DNA from: Antedon mediterranea
Lineage: Eukaryota; Animalia; Echinodermata
Assembly (NCBI RefSeq): GCF_964355755.1
Contig: NC_092680.1
Location: forward strand, 12,214,001 to 12,278,000
Reading direction: 5' to 3'
DNA: 64,000 nt
Below, piece after piece: positions 14,401 through 28,700 of the stretch. Numbering within the stretch: position 1 is the stretch's first letter; each line of letters opens with the position of its first letter. The notes under the pieces are model-generated. The model ran no database searches, was not told where the DNA came from, and worked only from the letters and a program-made list of their open reading frames with translations. Both the position numbers and the translations under genes were made by a program.

Positions 14401-17400
14401 AGATAGATGAGCGAGAGAGAGATAGATCAACGACAGAGAGATAGATCAGCGAGAGAGAGATAGATCAGCGACAGAGAGATAGATAGATCAGCGAGAGAGA
14501 GATAGATCAGCGAGAGAGAGAGATAGATCAGCGAGAGAGATATAGATCAGCAAGAGAGAGATAGATCAGCGACAGAGAGATAGATCAGCTAGAGAGAGAT
14601 AGATGAGCGAGAGAGAGATAGATCAGCGAGAGAGATAGATCAGCGAGAGAGAGATAGATCAGCGAGAGAGAGAGATATATCAGCGAGACACATATAGATC
14701 AGCGAGAGAGAGAGATAGATCAGCGAGAGAGAGATAGATCAGCGAGAGGGAGATAGATCAGCGAGACACAGATAGATCAGTGAGAGAGAGATAGATCAGC
14801 GAGACACAGATAGATCAGCGAGAGAGAGATAGATCAGCGAAAGAGAGTTAGATCAGCGAGAGAGAGAGATATAGATCAGCGAGACACAGATAGATCAGCG
14901 AGAGAGAGATAGATCAGCGAGAGAGAGATAGATCAGCGAGATAGAGATAGATCAGCGAGAGAGATAGATCAGCGAGAGAGAGTTAGATCAGCGAGAGAGA
15001 GATAGATCACCGAGACACAGATAGATCAGCAAGAGAGAGATAGATCAGCAAGACACAGATAGATCAGCGAGAGAGAGATAGATCAGCGAGAGAGGGATAG
15101 ATCAGCGAGAGAGAGATAGATCGAGGAGAGAGGGATAGATAAGCGAGAGAGATATAGATCAGCGAGAGAGGGATAGATCTGCGAGAGAGAGATAGATCAG
15201 AGAGAGAGAGAGTGATAGATCCGCAAGAGAGAGATAGATCAGCGAGAGAGAGAGATAGATCAGCGAGAGAGCGATAGATCAGCGAGAGAGAGATAGATCA
15301 GCGAGAGAGAGATAGATCAGCGAGAGAGAGATATATCAGCGAGAGAGAGATATATCAGCGAGAGAGAGATAGATCAGCGAGAGAGAGATAGATCAGCGAG
15401 AAAGAGAGATAGATCAGCGAGAGAGAGAGATAGATCAGCGAGAGAGAGTGAGATAGATCAGCGAGAGAGAGATAGATCAGCGAGAGAGAGATAGATCAGC
15501 GAGAGAGAGATAGATCAGCGAGAGAGATATAGATCAGCGAGAGAGAGAGAGAGATCAGCGAGAGAGATATAGATCAGCGAGAGAGAGATAGATCAGCGAC
15601 AGAGAGATAGATCAGCGACAGAGAGATAGATCAGCGACAGAGAGATAGATCAGCGAGAGAGATAGATCAGCGAGAGAGATAGATCAGCGAGAGAGAGAGA
15701 TATATCAGCGAGACACAGATAGATCAGCGAGAGAGAGATAGATCAGCGAGAGAGAGATAGATCAGCGAGAGGGAGATAGATCAGCGAGACACAGATAAAT
15801 CAGCGAGAGAGAGATAGATCAGCGAGACACATATAGATCAGCGAGAGAGAGAGATAGATCAGCGAGAGAGAGATAGATCAGCGAGAGGGAGATAGATCAG
15901 CGAGACACAGATAGATCAGTGAGAGAGAGATAGATCAGTGAGACACAGATAGATCAGCGAGAGAGAGATAGATCAGCGAAAGAGAGTTAGATCAGCGAGA
16001 GAGAGAGATATAGATCAGCGAGACACAGATAGATCAGCGAGAGAGAGATAGATCAGCGAGAGAGAGATAGATCAGCGAGAAAGAGATAGATCAGCGAGAT
16101 AGAGATAGATCAGCGAGATAGAGATAGATCAGCGAGAGAGATAGATCAGCGAGAGAGAGATAGATCACCGAGACACAGATAGATCAGCAAGAGAGAGATA
16201 GATCAGCAAGACACAGATAGATCAGCGAGAGAGAGATAGATCAGCGAGAGAGGGATAGATCAGCGAGAGAGAGATAGATCGAGGAGAGAGGGATAGATAA
16301 GCGAGAGAGATATAGATCAGCAAGAGAGGGATAGATCTGCGAGAGAGAGATAGATCAGAGAGAGAGAGATAGATCAGAGAGAGAGAGAGTGATAGATCCG
16401 CGAGAGAGAGATAGATCAGCGAGAGAGAGAGATAGATCAGCGAGAGAGCGATAGATCAGCGAGAGAGAGATAGATCAGCGAGAGAGAGATAGATCAGCGA
16501 GAGAGAGATATATCAGCGAGAGAGAGATAGATCAGCGAGAGAGAGATAGATCAGCGAGAGAGAGATAGATCAGCAAGAAAGAGAGATAGATCAGCGAGAG
16601 AGAGAGATAGATCAGCGAGAGAGAGAGAGATAGATCAGCGAGAGAGAGATAGATCAGCGAGAGAGAGACAGATCAGCGAGAGAGAGATAGATCAGCGAGA
16701 GAGATATAGATCAGCGAGAGAGAGAGAGAGATCAGCGAGAGAGATATAGATCAGCGAGAGAGAGATAGATCAGCGACAGAGAGATAGATCAGCGACAGAG
16801 AGATAGATCAGCGACAGAGAGATAGATCAGCGAGAGAGATAGATCAGCGAGAGAGATAGATCAGCGAGAGAGAGAGATATATCAGCGAGACACAGATAGA
16901 TCAGTGAGAGAGAGATAGATCAGCGAGAGAGAGATAGATCAGCGAGAGGGAGATAGATCAGCGAGACACAGATAGATCAGCGAGAGAGAGATAGATCAGC
17001 GAGACACAGATAGATCAGCGAGAGAGAGATAGATCAGCGAAAAAGAGTTAGATCAGCGAGAGAGAGAGAGATAGATCAGCGAGACACAGATAGATCAGCG
17101 AGAGAGAGATAGATCAGCGAAAGACAGTTAGATCAGCGAGAGAGAGAGAGATAGATCAGCGAGACACAGATAGATCAGCGAGAGAGAGATAGATCAGCGA
17201 GAGAGAGATAGATCAGCGAGAAAGAGATAGATCAGCGAGATAGAGATAGATCAGCGAGATAGAGATAGATCAGCAAGAGAGATAGATCCGCGAGAGAGAG
17301 ATAGATCAGCAAGAAAGAGATATATCAGCGTGAGAGAGATAGATCAGCGAGAGAGAGATAGATCAGCGAGACAGAGATAGATAAGCGAGAGAGAGATAGA

Positions 17401-20400
17401 TAAGCGACAGAGAGATGGCTATCAGCGAGAGAGAGATAGATCAGAGAGACACAGTTAGATCAGCGAGAGAGAGATAGATCAGCGAGAGAGTGTTAGATCA
17501 GCGAGAGAGAGATAGATCAGCGAGAGAGAGAGATATATATCAGTGAGACACATATAGATCAGCGAGAGAGAGATAGATCAGCGAGAGAGAGATAGATCAG
17601 CGAGAGGGAGATAGATCAGCGAGACACAGATAGATCAGTGAGAGAGAGATAGATCAGCGAGACACAGATAGATCAGCAAGAGAGAGATAGATCAGCGAAA
17701 GAGAGTTAGATCAGCGAGAGAGAGAGATATAGATCAGCGAGACACAGATAGATCAGCGAGAGAGAGATAGATCAGCGAGAGAGAGATAGATCAGCGAGAG
17801 GGAGATAAATCAGCTAGAGAGAGATAGATCAGCGAGAGAGAGATAGATCAGCGAGAGAGAGATAGATCAGCGAGAGAGATAGATCAGCGAGAGAGAGATA
17901 GATCAGAGAGAGAGAGAGATAGATCAGCGAGAGAGAGATAGATCAGCGAGATAGAGATAGATCAGCGAGATAGAGATAGATAAGCGAGAGAGAGATAGAT
18001 AAGCGACAGAGAGATGGATATCAGCGAGAGAGAGATAGATCAGAGAGACACAGATAGATCAGCGGGGGAGAGATAGATCAGCGAGAGAGAGTTAGATCAG
18101 CGAGAGAGAGATAGATCAGCGAGACACAGATAGATCAGCGAGAGAGATATAGATCAGCGACAGAGAGATAGATCAGCGAGAGAGAGATAGATGAGCGAGA
18201 GAGAGATAGGTCAACGACAGAGAGATAGATCAGCGAGAGAGAGATAGATCAGCGACAGAGAGATAGATAGATCAGCGAGAGAGAGATAGATCAGCGAGAG
18301 AGAGAGATAGATCAGCGAGAGAGATAGATCAGCGAGAGAGAGAGATAGATCAGCGAGAGAGCGATAGATCAGCGAGAGAGCGATAGATCAGGGAGAGAGA
18401 GATAGATCAGCGAGAGAGAGATATATCAGCGAGAGAGAGATATATCAGCGGGAGAGAGATAGATCAGCGAGAGAGAGATAGATCAGCGAGAAAGAGAGAT
18501 AGATCAGCGAGAGAGAGATAGATCAGCGAGAGAGAGAGAGAGAGATAGATCAGCGAGAGATAGATAGATCAGCGAGAGAGAGATAGATCAGCGAGAGGGA
18601 GATAAATCAGATAGAGAGAGATAGATCAGCGAGAGAGAGATAGATCAGCGAGAGAGAGATAGATCAGCGAGAGAGAGAGAGAGAGATAGATCAGCGAGAG
18701 AGAGATAGATAAGCGACAGAGAAATGGATATCAGCGAGAGAGAGATAGATCAGAGAGACACAGATAGATCAGCGGGGGAGAGATAGATCAGTGAGAGAGA
18801 GTTAGATCAGCGAGAGAGAGATAGATCAGCGAGACACAGATAGATAAGCGAGAGAGAGATAGATCAGCAAGACACAGATAGATCAGCGAGAGAGAGATAG
18901 ATCAGCGAGAGAGAGATAGATCCGTGAGAGAGAGATAGATCAGCGAGAGAGGGATAGATCAGCGACAGAGAGATAGATCAGCGAGAGAGAGATAGATGAG
19001 CGAGAGAGAGATAGATCAACGACAGAGAGATAGATCAGCGAGAGAGAGATAGATCAGCGACAGAGAGATAGATAGATCAGCGAGAGAGAGATAGATCAGC
19101 GAGAGAGAGAGATAGATCAGCGAGAGAGATATAGATCAGCAAGAGAGAGATAGATCAGCGACAGAGAGATAGATCAGCTAGAGAGAGATAGATGAGCGAG
19201 AGAGAGATAGATCAGCGAGAGAGATAGATCAGCGAGAGAGAGATAGATCAGCGAGAGAGAGAGATATATCAGCGAGACACATATAGATCAGCGAGAGAGA
19301 GAGATAGATCAGCGAGAGAGAGATAGATCAGCGAGAGGGAGATAGATCAGCGAGACACAGATAGATCAGTGAGAGAGAGATAGATCAGCGAGACACAGAT
19401 AGATCAGCGAGAGAGAGATAGATCAGCGAAAGAGAGTTAGATCAGCGAGAGAGAGAGATATAGATCAGCGAGACACAGATAGATCAGCGAGAGAGAGATA
19501 GATCAGCGAGAGAGAGATAGATCAGCGAGATAGAGATAGATCAGCGAGAGAGATAGATCAGCGAGAGAGAGTTAGATCAGCGAGAGAGAGATAGATCACC
19601 GAGACACAGATAGATCAGCAAGAGAGAGATAGATCAGCAAGACACAGATAGATCAGCGAGAGAGAGATAGATCAGCGAGAGAGGGATAGATCAGCGAGAG
19701 AGAGATAGATCGAGGAGAGAGGGATAGATAAGCGAGAGAGATATAGATCAGCGAGAGAGGGATAGATCTGCGAGAGAGAGATAGATCAGAGAGAGAGAGA
19801 GTGATAGATCCGCAAGAGAGAGATAGATCAGCGAGAGAGAGAGATAGATCAGCGAGAGAGCGATAGATCAGCGAGAGAGAGATAGATCAGCGAGAGAGAG
19901 ATAGATCAGCGAGAGAGAGATATATCAGCGAGAGAGAGATATATCAGCGAGAGAGAGATAGATCAGCGAGAGAGAGATAGATCAGCGAGAAAGAGAGATA
20001 GATCAGCGAGAGAGAGAGATAGATCAGCGAGAGAGAGTGAGATAGATCAGCGAGAGAGAGATAGATCAGCGAGAGAGAGATAGATCAGCGAGAGAGAGAT
20101 AGATCAGCGAGAGAGATATAGATCAGCGAGAGAGAGAGAGAGATCAGCGAGAGAGATATAGATCAGCGAGAGAGAGATAGATCAGCGACAGAGAGATAGA
20201 TCAGCGACAGAGAGATAGATCAGCGACAGAGAGATAGATCAGCGAGAGAGATAGATCAGCGAGAGAGATAGATCAGCGAGAGAGAGAGATATATCAGCGA
20301 GACACAGATAGATCAGCGAGAGAGAGATAGATCAGCGAGAGAGAGATAGATCAGCGAGAGGGAGATAGATCAGCGAGACACAGATAAATCAGCGAGAGAG

Positions 20401-23400
20401 AGATAGATCAGCGAGACACATATAGATCAGCGAGAGAGAGAGATAGATCAGCGAGAGAGAGATAGATCAGCGAGAGGGAGATAGATCAGCGAGACACAGA
20501 TAGATCAGTGAGAGAGAGATAGATCAGTGAGACACAGATAGATCAGCGAGAGAGAGATAGATCAGCGAAAGAGAGTTAGATCAGCGAGAGAGAGAGATAT
20601 AGATCAGCGAGACACAGATAGATCAGCGAGAGAGAGATAGATCAGCGAGAGAGAGATAGATCAGCGAGAAAGAGATAGATCAGCGAGATAGAGATAGATC
20701 AGCGAGATAGAGATAGATCAGCGAGAGAGATAGATCAGCGAGAGAGAGATAGATCACCGAGACACAGATAGATCAGCAAGAGAGAGATAGATCAGCAAGA
20801 CACAGATAGATCAGCGAGAGAGAGATAGATCAGCGAGAGAGGGATAGATCAGCGAGAGAGAGATAGATCGAGGAGAGAGGGATAGATAAGCGAGAGAGAT
20901 ATAGATCAGCAAGAGAGGGATAGATCTGCGAGAGAGAGATAGATCAGAGAGAGAGAGATAGATCAGAGAGAGAGAGAGTGATAGATCCGCGAGAGAGAGA
21001 TAGATCAGCGAGAGAGAGAGATAGATCAGCGAGAGAGCGATAGATCAGCGAGAGAGAGATAGATCAGCGAGAGAGAGATAGATCAGCGAGAGAGAGATAT
21101 ATCAGCGAGAGAGAGATAGATCAGCGAGAGAGAGATAGATCAGCGAGAGAGAGATAGATCAGCAAGAAAGAGAGATAGATCAGCGAGAGAGAGAGATAGA
21201 TCAGCGAGAGAGAGAGAGATAGATCAGCGAGAGAGAGATAGATCAGCGAGAGAGAGACAGATCAGCGAGAGAGAGATAGATCAGCGAGAGAGATATAGAT
21301 CAGCGAGAGAGAGAGAGAGATCAGCGAGAGAGATATAGATCAGCGAGAGAGAGATAGATCAGCGACAGAGAGATAGATCAGCGACAGAGAGATAGATCAG
21401 CGACAGAGAGATAGATCAGCGAGAGAGATAGATCAGCGAGAGAGATAGATCAGCGAGAGAGAGAGATATATCAGCGAGACACAGATAGATCAGTGAGAGA
21501 GAGATAGATCAGCGAGAGAGAGATAGATCAGCGAGAGGGAGATAGATCAGCGAGACACAGATAGATCAGCGAGAGAGAGATAGATCAGCGAGACACAGAT
21601 AGATCAGCGAGAGAGAGATAGATCAGCGAAAAAGAGTTAGATCAGCGAGAGAGAGAGAGATAGATCAGCGAGACACAGATAGATCAGCGAGAGAGAGATA
21701 GATCAGCGAAAGACAGTTAGATCAGCGAGAGAGAGAGAGATAGATCAGCGAGACACAGATAGATCAGCGAGAGAGAGATAGATCAGCGAGAGAGAGATAG
21801 ATCAGCGAGAAAGAGATAGATCAGCGAGATAGAGATAGATCAGCGAGATAGAGATAGATCAGCAAGAGAGATAGATCCGCGAGAGAGAGATAGATCAGCA
21901 AGAAAGAGATATATCAGCGTGAGAGAGATAGATCAGCGAGAGAGAGATAGATCAGCGAGACAGAGATAGATAAGCGAGAGAGAGATAGATAAGCGACAGA
22001 GAGATGGCTATCAGCGAGAGAGAGATAGATCAGAGAGACACAGTTAGATCAGCGAGAGAGAGATAGATCAGCGAGAGAGTGTTAGATCAGCGAGAGAGAG
22101 ATAGATCAGCGAGAAAGAGAGATAGATCAGCGAGAGAGAGAGATAGATCAGCGAGAGAGAGAGAGATAGATCAGCGAAAGAGAGATAGATCAGCGAGAGA
22201 GAGATAGATCAGCGAGAGAGAGATAGATCAGTGAGAGAGATATAGATCAGCGAGAGAGAGAGAGAGATCAGCGAGAGAGATATAGATCAGCGAGAGAGAG
22301 ATAGATCAGCGACAGAGAGATAGATCAGCGACAGAGAGATAGATCAGCGACAGAGAGATAGATCAGCGAGAGAGATAGATCAGCGATAGAGATAGATCAG
22401 CGAGAGAGAGAGATATATCAGCGAGACACAGATAGATCAGCGAGAGAGAGATAGATCAGCGAGAGAGAGATAGATCAGCGAGAGGGAGATAGATCAGCGA
22501 GACACAGATAGATCAGCGAGAGAGAGATAGATCAGCGAGACACAGATAGATCAGCGAGAGAGAGATAGATCAGCGAAAGAGAGTTAGATCAGCGAGAGAG
22601 AGAGAGATAGATCAGCGAGACACAGATAGATCAGCGAGAGAGAGATAGATTAGCGAAAGACAGTTAGATCAGCGAGAGAGAGAGAGATAGATCAGCGAGA
22701 CACAGATAGATCAGCGAGAGAGAGATAGAGGATAGATCAGCGAGAGAGGGATAGATCAGCGAGAGAGAGATAGATCAGCGAGAGAGGGATAGATCAGCGA
22801 GAGAGAGATAGATCAGCGAGAGAGAGATAGATCAGCGAGAGAGAGATAGATCAACGAGAGAGAGATAGATCAGCGATAGAGGGATAGATCAGCGAGAGAG
22901 ATATAGATCAGCGAGAGAGCGATAGATCAGCGAGAGAGAGATAGATCAGCGAGAGAGAGATAGATCAGCGAGAGAGAGAGATAGATCAGCGAGAGAGAGA
23001 TAGATCAGCGAGAGAGAGATAGATCAGCGAGAGAGAGATAGATCAGCGAGAGAGAGATAGATCAGCGAGAGAGCGATAGATCAGCGAGAGAGAGAGATAG
23101 ATCAGCGAGAGAGCGATAGATCAGCGAGAGAGAGATAGATCAGCGAGAGAGGGATAGATCAGCGAGAGAGGGATAGATCAGCGAGAGAGGGATAGATCAG
23201 CGGGAGAGGGATAGATCAGCGAGAGAGGGATAGATCAGCGAGAGAGAGATAGATCAGCGAGAGAGGGATAGATCAGCGAGAGAGGGATAGATCAGCGAGA
23301 GAGAGATAGATCAGCGAGAGAGAGATAGATCAACGAGAGAGAGATAGATCAGCGAGAGAGGGATAGATCAGCGAGAGAGAGAGATAGATCAGCGAGAGAG

Positions 23401-24180
23401 AGATAGATCAGCGAGAGAGAGATAGATCAGCGAGAGAGAGATAGATCAGCGAGATAGAGATAGATCAGCGAGAGAGAGATAGATCAGCGAGATAGAGATA
23501 GATAAGCGAGAGAGAGATAGATCAGCGAGAGAGAGAGATAGATCAGCAAGAGAGAGATATATCAGCGAGAGAGAGATAGATCAGCGAGAGAGAGATAGAT
23601 CAGCGAGAGAGAGATAGATCAGCGAGAGAGAGATAGATAAGCGAGAGAGAGATAGATCAGCGACAGAGAGATAGATTAGCGAGAGAGAGATAGATCAGCG
23701 ACAGAGAGACAGATTAGCGAGAGAGAGATAGATCAACGACAGAGAGATAGATCAGCGAGGAGAGATAGATCAGCGACAGAGAGATAGATAGATCAGCGAG
23801 AGAGAGAGATAGATCAGCGAGAGAGAGAGAGATAGATCAGCGAGAGAGATATAGATCAGCGAGAGAGAGATAGATCAGCGACAGAGAGATATATAAGCGA
23901 GAGAGAGATAGATCAGCGAGAGAGAGATAGATCAGCGAGAGAGAGATAGATCAGCGAGAGAGAGAGATAGATCAGCGAGAGAGAGATAGATCAGCGAGAG
24001 AGAGAGAGAGAGATAGATCAGCGAGAGAAAGATAGATCAGCGAGAGAGAGATAGATCAGCGAGAGAGAGATAGATAAGCGAGAGAGAGAGAGAGAGATCA
24101 GCGAGAGAGAGATAGATCAGCGAGAGAGAGAGATAGATCAACGAGAGAGAGATAGATCAGCGAGAGAGAGATAGATCAGC

Positions 24181-24216
<36 letters not shown>

Positions 24217-24438
24217 GATAGATCAGCGAGAGAGAGAAAGATCAGCGAGAGAGAGATAGATCAGCGAGAGAGAGAGAGATAGATCAGCGAGAGAGAGAGA
24301 GATAGATCAGCGAGAGAGAGATAGATCAGCGAGAGAGAGAGAGGTAGACCAGCGAGAGAGAGATAGATCAGCAAGAGAGAGATAGATCAGCGAGAGAGAG
24401 ATAGATCAGCGAGAGGGAGATAGATCAGTGAGAGGGAG
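1227..24438. repeat. (GA)n-derived satellite array, modal unit GATCAGCGAGAGAGAGATA (19 bp, GA-tract length variable)
   Basis: Continuous tandem repeat of GATCAGC+(GA)n+TA across ~23.2 kb with recurrent variants (GAGACACAGATA, GATAAGC, GATGGATATC, GAGTTA). Confidence 0.98.
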
Positions 24439-25733
24439 TGTCACACAGCCGCAATTACGGCTCTTTCGGACATGTAATATCTGGTAACCACCGGTAAACA
24501 ACGGTAAATAGCCACCACTGTACACATATAAATGTAAAAAGTAAATTTAATAATAATCTTTGACAAACAATTCTTCCTTCTATAATCCAAACCCCACCTA
24601 AAAAAAAACCCCCCCAAAAAACCCAAGCAATTCTCAACCAATGATACAGTACCCCTATTCCCACACAATTTATACACTTTCCCAAATTCCCAATCCTTCC
24701 AGACAAAATATCGACAATCTTCTTATTGTCAGATATAAATCCCAGAAACCCCCCTTCCAAATACAATAATATCACAAGATGAATAATACAATAATAAATG
24801 TCCACAATATCGTTCCTTCTTGCCTTTTCTCCTACGCTGACACAAAACAAATTCGAAAGATAAAAGTTAAAACGATTCCGCAACTAAACAACTCCTCTGC
24901 TCCCGTTCTGCTTGTATTCCCAATTATACTTCTTCTCAACCTGCAACTATCTTCTGACATATAAATAAATGCAATATAAAGTTAAAAATGTTTCTTGAGG
25001 TCCTTCTGCACTGCAATCCGCTCCCCGATCAATTATTTCTTTCTCCTTTTCCACGTAACATAATATCAGTATCAATAAAGTCAGTCTTCGATACTTTCAA
25101 CAAAAGCTTTCTTTAAAAGCAATTAATTCTGCTATTTCCAACAGTTATTATTCGATTTATTAACTTCATGTATCTCACTTTATTTCATTTCTGCTCCAGC
25201 TCTAGATCACCATAATTATTTCCAACTCACAATTTATTAACTTCATGTATATCACCTTATTTCGTTTCTGCTTCAGCTCTATATCACCATAATTATTTCC
25301 AACTCACAATTTACTAACTTCATGTAGATCACCTTATTTCCTTTCCGCTTCAGCTCTATATCACCATACTTCTTTCCAACCCACAATTTATTAACTTCAT
25401 ATATACCACTTTACTTCCTTTCTGCTTCAACATAACATAACCCTCCTTCTCTGTCTCCTCTCAATTTTCATCTCCTTCTCAAACTTCCCTCAATTGCACA
25501 CATACCACCACCTTATCCTTCTCAACCAATCAGCAACTCACACACCAACTCAACTCTTACACCTCTCCTCCAATCAGCAACCTCCACACACTCCTTCTCT
25601 GCACACTAACACTCTGCTCCACTGGCTTCAAACAATAGTTTCCTAAAACAAAAGAAAGGTTCAAATAATGAAAACAAAAGGAAAAGTAAGAATAACTTGC
25701 ACAATAAATACGAAACTTATGTCACTTGTGACA
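24439..25733 (-). repeat. 3' LTR of the Gmr1-like element
   Basis: Direct repeat of 30597-31891 at offset 6158; 7-bp terminal inverted repeat TGTCACA/TGTGACA; adjacent to the PPT. Confidence 0.96.
25155..25430. repeat. 77-bp tandem repeat (~3.6 copies) inside the LTR; second set at ~31313-31588
   Basis: ATTTA(T/C)TAACTTCAT recurs at 25155, 25232, 25309 and 25386 (period 77). Confidence 0.9.
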
Positions 25734-25750
25734 TTTACTCCCCTCTAAAA
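25734..25750 (-). promoter_or_regulatory. Polypurine tract (plus-strand primer)
   Basis: Minus strand reads TTTTAGAGGGGAGTAAA immediately before the 3' LTR. Confidence 0.8.
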
Positions 25751-25782
25751 GAAATATGTACCAACATTTTCTCTAAATATAT

Positions 25783-28700
25783 TTACACTCGACTTAGATA
25801 ATCAGCTCCTACATTTTCACTGCCTTTAATCGCCTCTATTCGGAACTTGTACGGTTGTAGAGCCAGGGCCCATCTCATAATTCGCCCATTGGACAATTTC
25901 GCTCGCTGCATAAACACAAGCGGCTGGTGATCAGTCTCCAACGTGAAGTTTCGTCCATATAAATAAGATTCAAACTTTCGTACACTCCAGACAATGGCTA
26001 AACATTCTTTTTCCATCACTGAATATGCTTTTTCTCGAGGAAGCAGTTTCTTGCTAGCGTACGCCACGGGAAACTTCACGTCACCATACTGCTGCATTAG
26101 AACCGCTCCCACTCCACATTCGGACGCATCTGTTCTCAAAATAAAATCTTTGTTTAAATTGGGAAGGCATAAAATTGGAGTACTATTTAATTTTCCCTTA
26201 AGTTTAACAAACGCACTTTCCTGGGCCTTCTCCCAACATATTCGGTTAGGTTCCCGATTCTTCGTTTTGTCGGTTAATGGACAAGCAATTACAGAGTAAT
26301 TAGGAATGAACTTCCTATAGTAGTTGGTCATCCCAAGGAATGACCGGAGTTGTTTCTTCCTTTCTGGCTGTTTGGCTGACAGGATGCTTTGCACTTTCTC
26401 CACCCTAGGTTTAACCTGTCCTTTCCCTACCACATGGCCAAGAAACTCGATTGTTTCATAACCAATGAAACATTTGCTCGGTCGAGCAGTTAGGTTGGCC
26501 CTGCGGAGACGTCCAAACAATTCAGACAAACATTTCATATGTTGATCCCAAGAAGCTGTGTGAATTAGAATGTCATCAATATAATTAAGTGTATTATCCA
26601 TTCCTTTGAGTAATTTTCTCATGATACGACTGAAAGTAGCTGGTGCATTGACTAAGCCGAACGGCATGACATTAAATTGAAACAAACCATCTGGTGTTAG
26701 AAAGGATGTTAAAGGTTTTGACGCTTCATCCATGGGAACTTGCCAATACCCTTTACTTAAATCTATCTTAGTAAAATAATGATCGTGGGCCAACCTTGTG
26801 AACAGTTCCTCTTGGTCCGAGATCGGTTCGGCGTCAAAAACTGTAACCTGATTAAGTTTCCGAAAGTCCACGCAGAATCGATTTGACCCATCCGGTTTCT
26901 TTACCAATACTATTGGTGATGCAAACGGTGCCCCTGAAGGCTCCACTACACCCAGATTTAACATCATATTTACCTCATCCTTAATGGTACCTCGCAACGC
27001 ATGTGGAAGTGGATAGGGCTTGGAACGGATTATATCCTCAGTTTCCAACTTGATTTCATGCTGCCCAAGTGTAGTCTTCCCCGGTAAATCCGTCAATACA
27101 TCTTTGTAGTTTCCGATGAGTCGGTGCACCTCATGCTTTAGGGTATCATCCAGGCTTTCGTTGATGCGAATGTCGGCTGTTGTTTCTTTTGCTAGTAAAG
27201 GGTGGAGCTGCAAAAGATTCTCATTAGATAGATGATAATTTTGGTTACTTGTAAATGTTTCATTAGGTTCGCATTCAATAACAGCGGTGCTAGCTAATTC
27301 AAGGATACCAGAAGGCTCGGATACCTCCAGAGCAGCACTAATGTCTGCGGTTCGCTCATAATACCTTTTCAAGAGATTGGCGTGAAATATTTTGAATTTC
27401 CCATTAATGTCAATTTGGTAGTCTAGATACCCACATTTCTTTACAACCTTAAAAGGACCTTTCCATTGAAGCAACAGTTTGTTTTTGTCTGTGGGTAGTA
27501 AAAGTAGTACCTTATCCCCAACCTCAAATTCCCGGGACTTACTCTTTTTGTCATAATATTGTTTATACCTGACCTTTGATTTTTGTAGATTCTTCTGAGC
27601 CATCTGACAGGTTTCATGTAATCGTTCCTGTAAATCCATAACGTACTGGTAGGTGGTTTTTGTTTCTGGTGTTTCAATTTCTTCGGTCCACAATTCCCTT
27701 AGGATGGACATGGGTCCTCGGACGGTACGGCCATATAAGAGTTCAAAAGGAGAAAAACCTAAACTTTCTTGTGAAGATTCCCTAACAGCAAACAGTAGTG
27801 GGTCAATGTATCGATCCCAATCAGTAGGCCTTTCGGCACACATACGTTTCAGCATTTGTTTGAGTGTTCCATTGAACCGTTCGACCAAACCATTACAAGC
27901 TGGGTGATATGGAGATGTCATTACCTGACGTATAGACAACAACTTACTAACTTGCTTCATGACTTCCGATGTAAATTGTGATCCCCTATCGGTAAGCATT
28001 TCTTTCGGGATACCAAGTCTAGAGAAAACACCAACCAAGGCCTCAGCAACCCGTTCAGCTTCAATACTTGGTAGAGGCACTGCCTCGGGATAACGAGTAG
28101 CAAAATCTATTATTGTGATTATATAACGATTACGACCTTTAGACATGGGGAAAATGGGACCAACTATATCAACGGCAATCCGTTCAAACGGCACCTCGAT
28201 CAAAGGCATGCTTCCTAGAGGCACTTTCGTAACTCTACCTTTTTGTACAGTTCTCTGACAAATGTCACAGGATCGACAATATCGAGTAATATCCGCAGTG
28301 ACCCCAGGCCACCAAAAAGTTGTCAACACTTTATCCGTCGTCTTTTTGACCCCTTGGTGTCCTCCTAATAATGTTTCATGGGCTTGGCGCATTACCTGGC
28401 GTCGATAGTCAGCTGGCACTACCAGTTGGGTAAACTTATCCCCGTGTTCAATATTAGGAGAGGAAAATTGCCTATATAATAGGTCTTTATGATAAATAAA
28501 CCTAGACGTGGCTTGTTTGTTACTCACAGTTGTAGTTTGCTTCTCTGCAAGATCCTTGAATTTTGCAAGGCTGACATCTTGTTGCTGAGCGGTCTTCATA
28601 GTTACCGCTGTGATGATTTGCTGGTGTATTTCTGTAGTTTTAAGTGTTCTGAATGGTTTATCCATATTGTTAGCTTGAGACCGGGTGACCACAGAACATC

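Noticed and set aside
24441-24964. ORFs of 61-142 aa in the LTRs (also at 30599-31122)
   Set aside because: Duplicated only because the LTRs are duplicated; no recognisable domain; non-ATG starts and low complexity.
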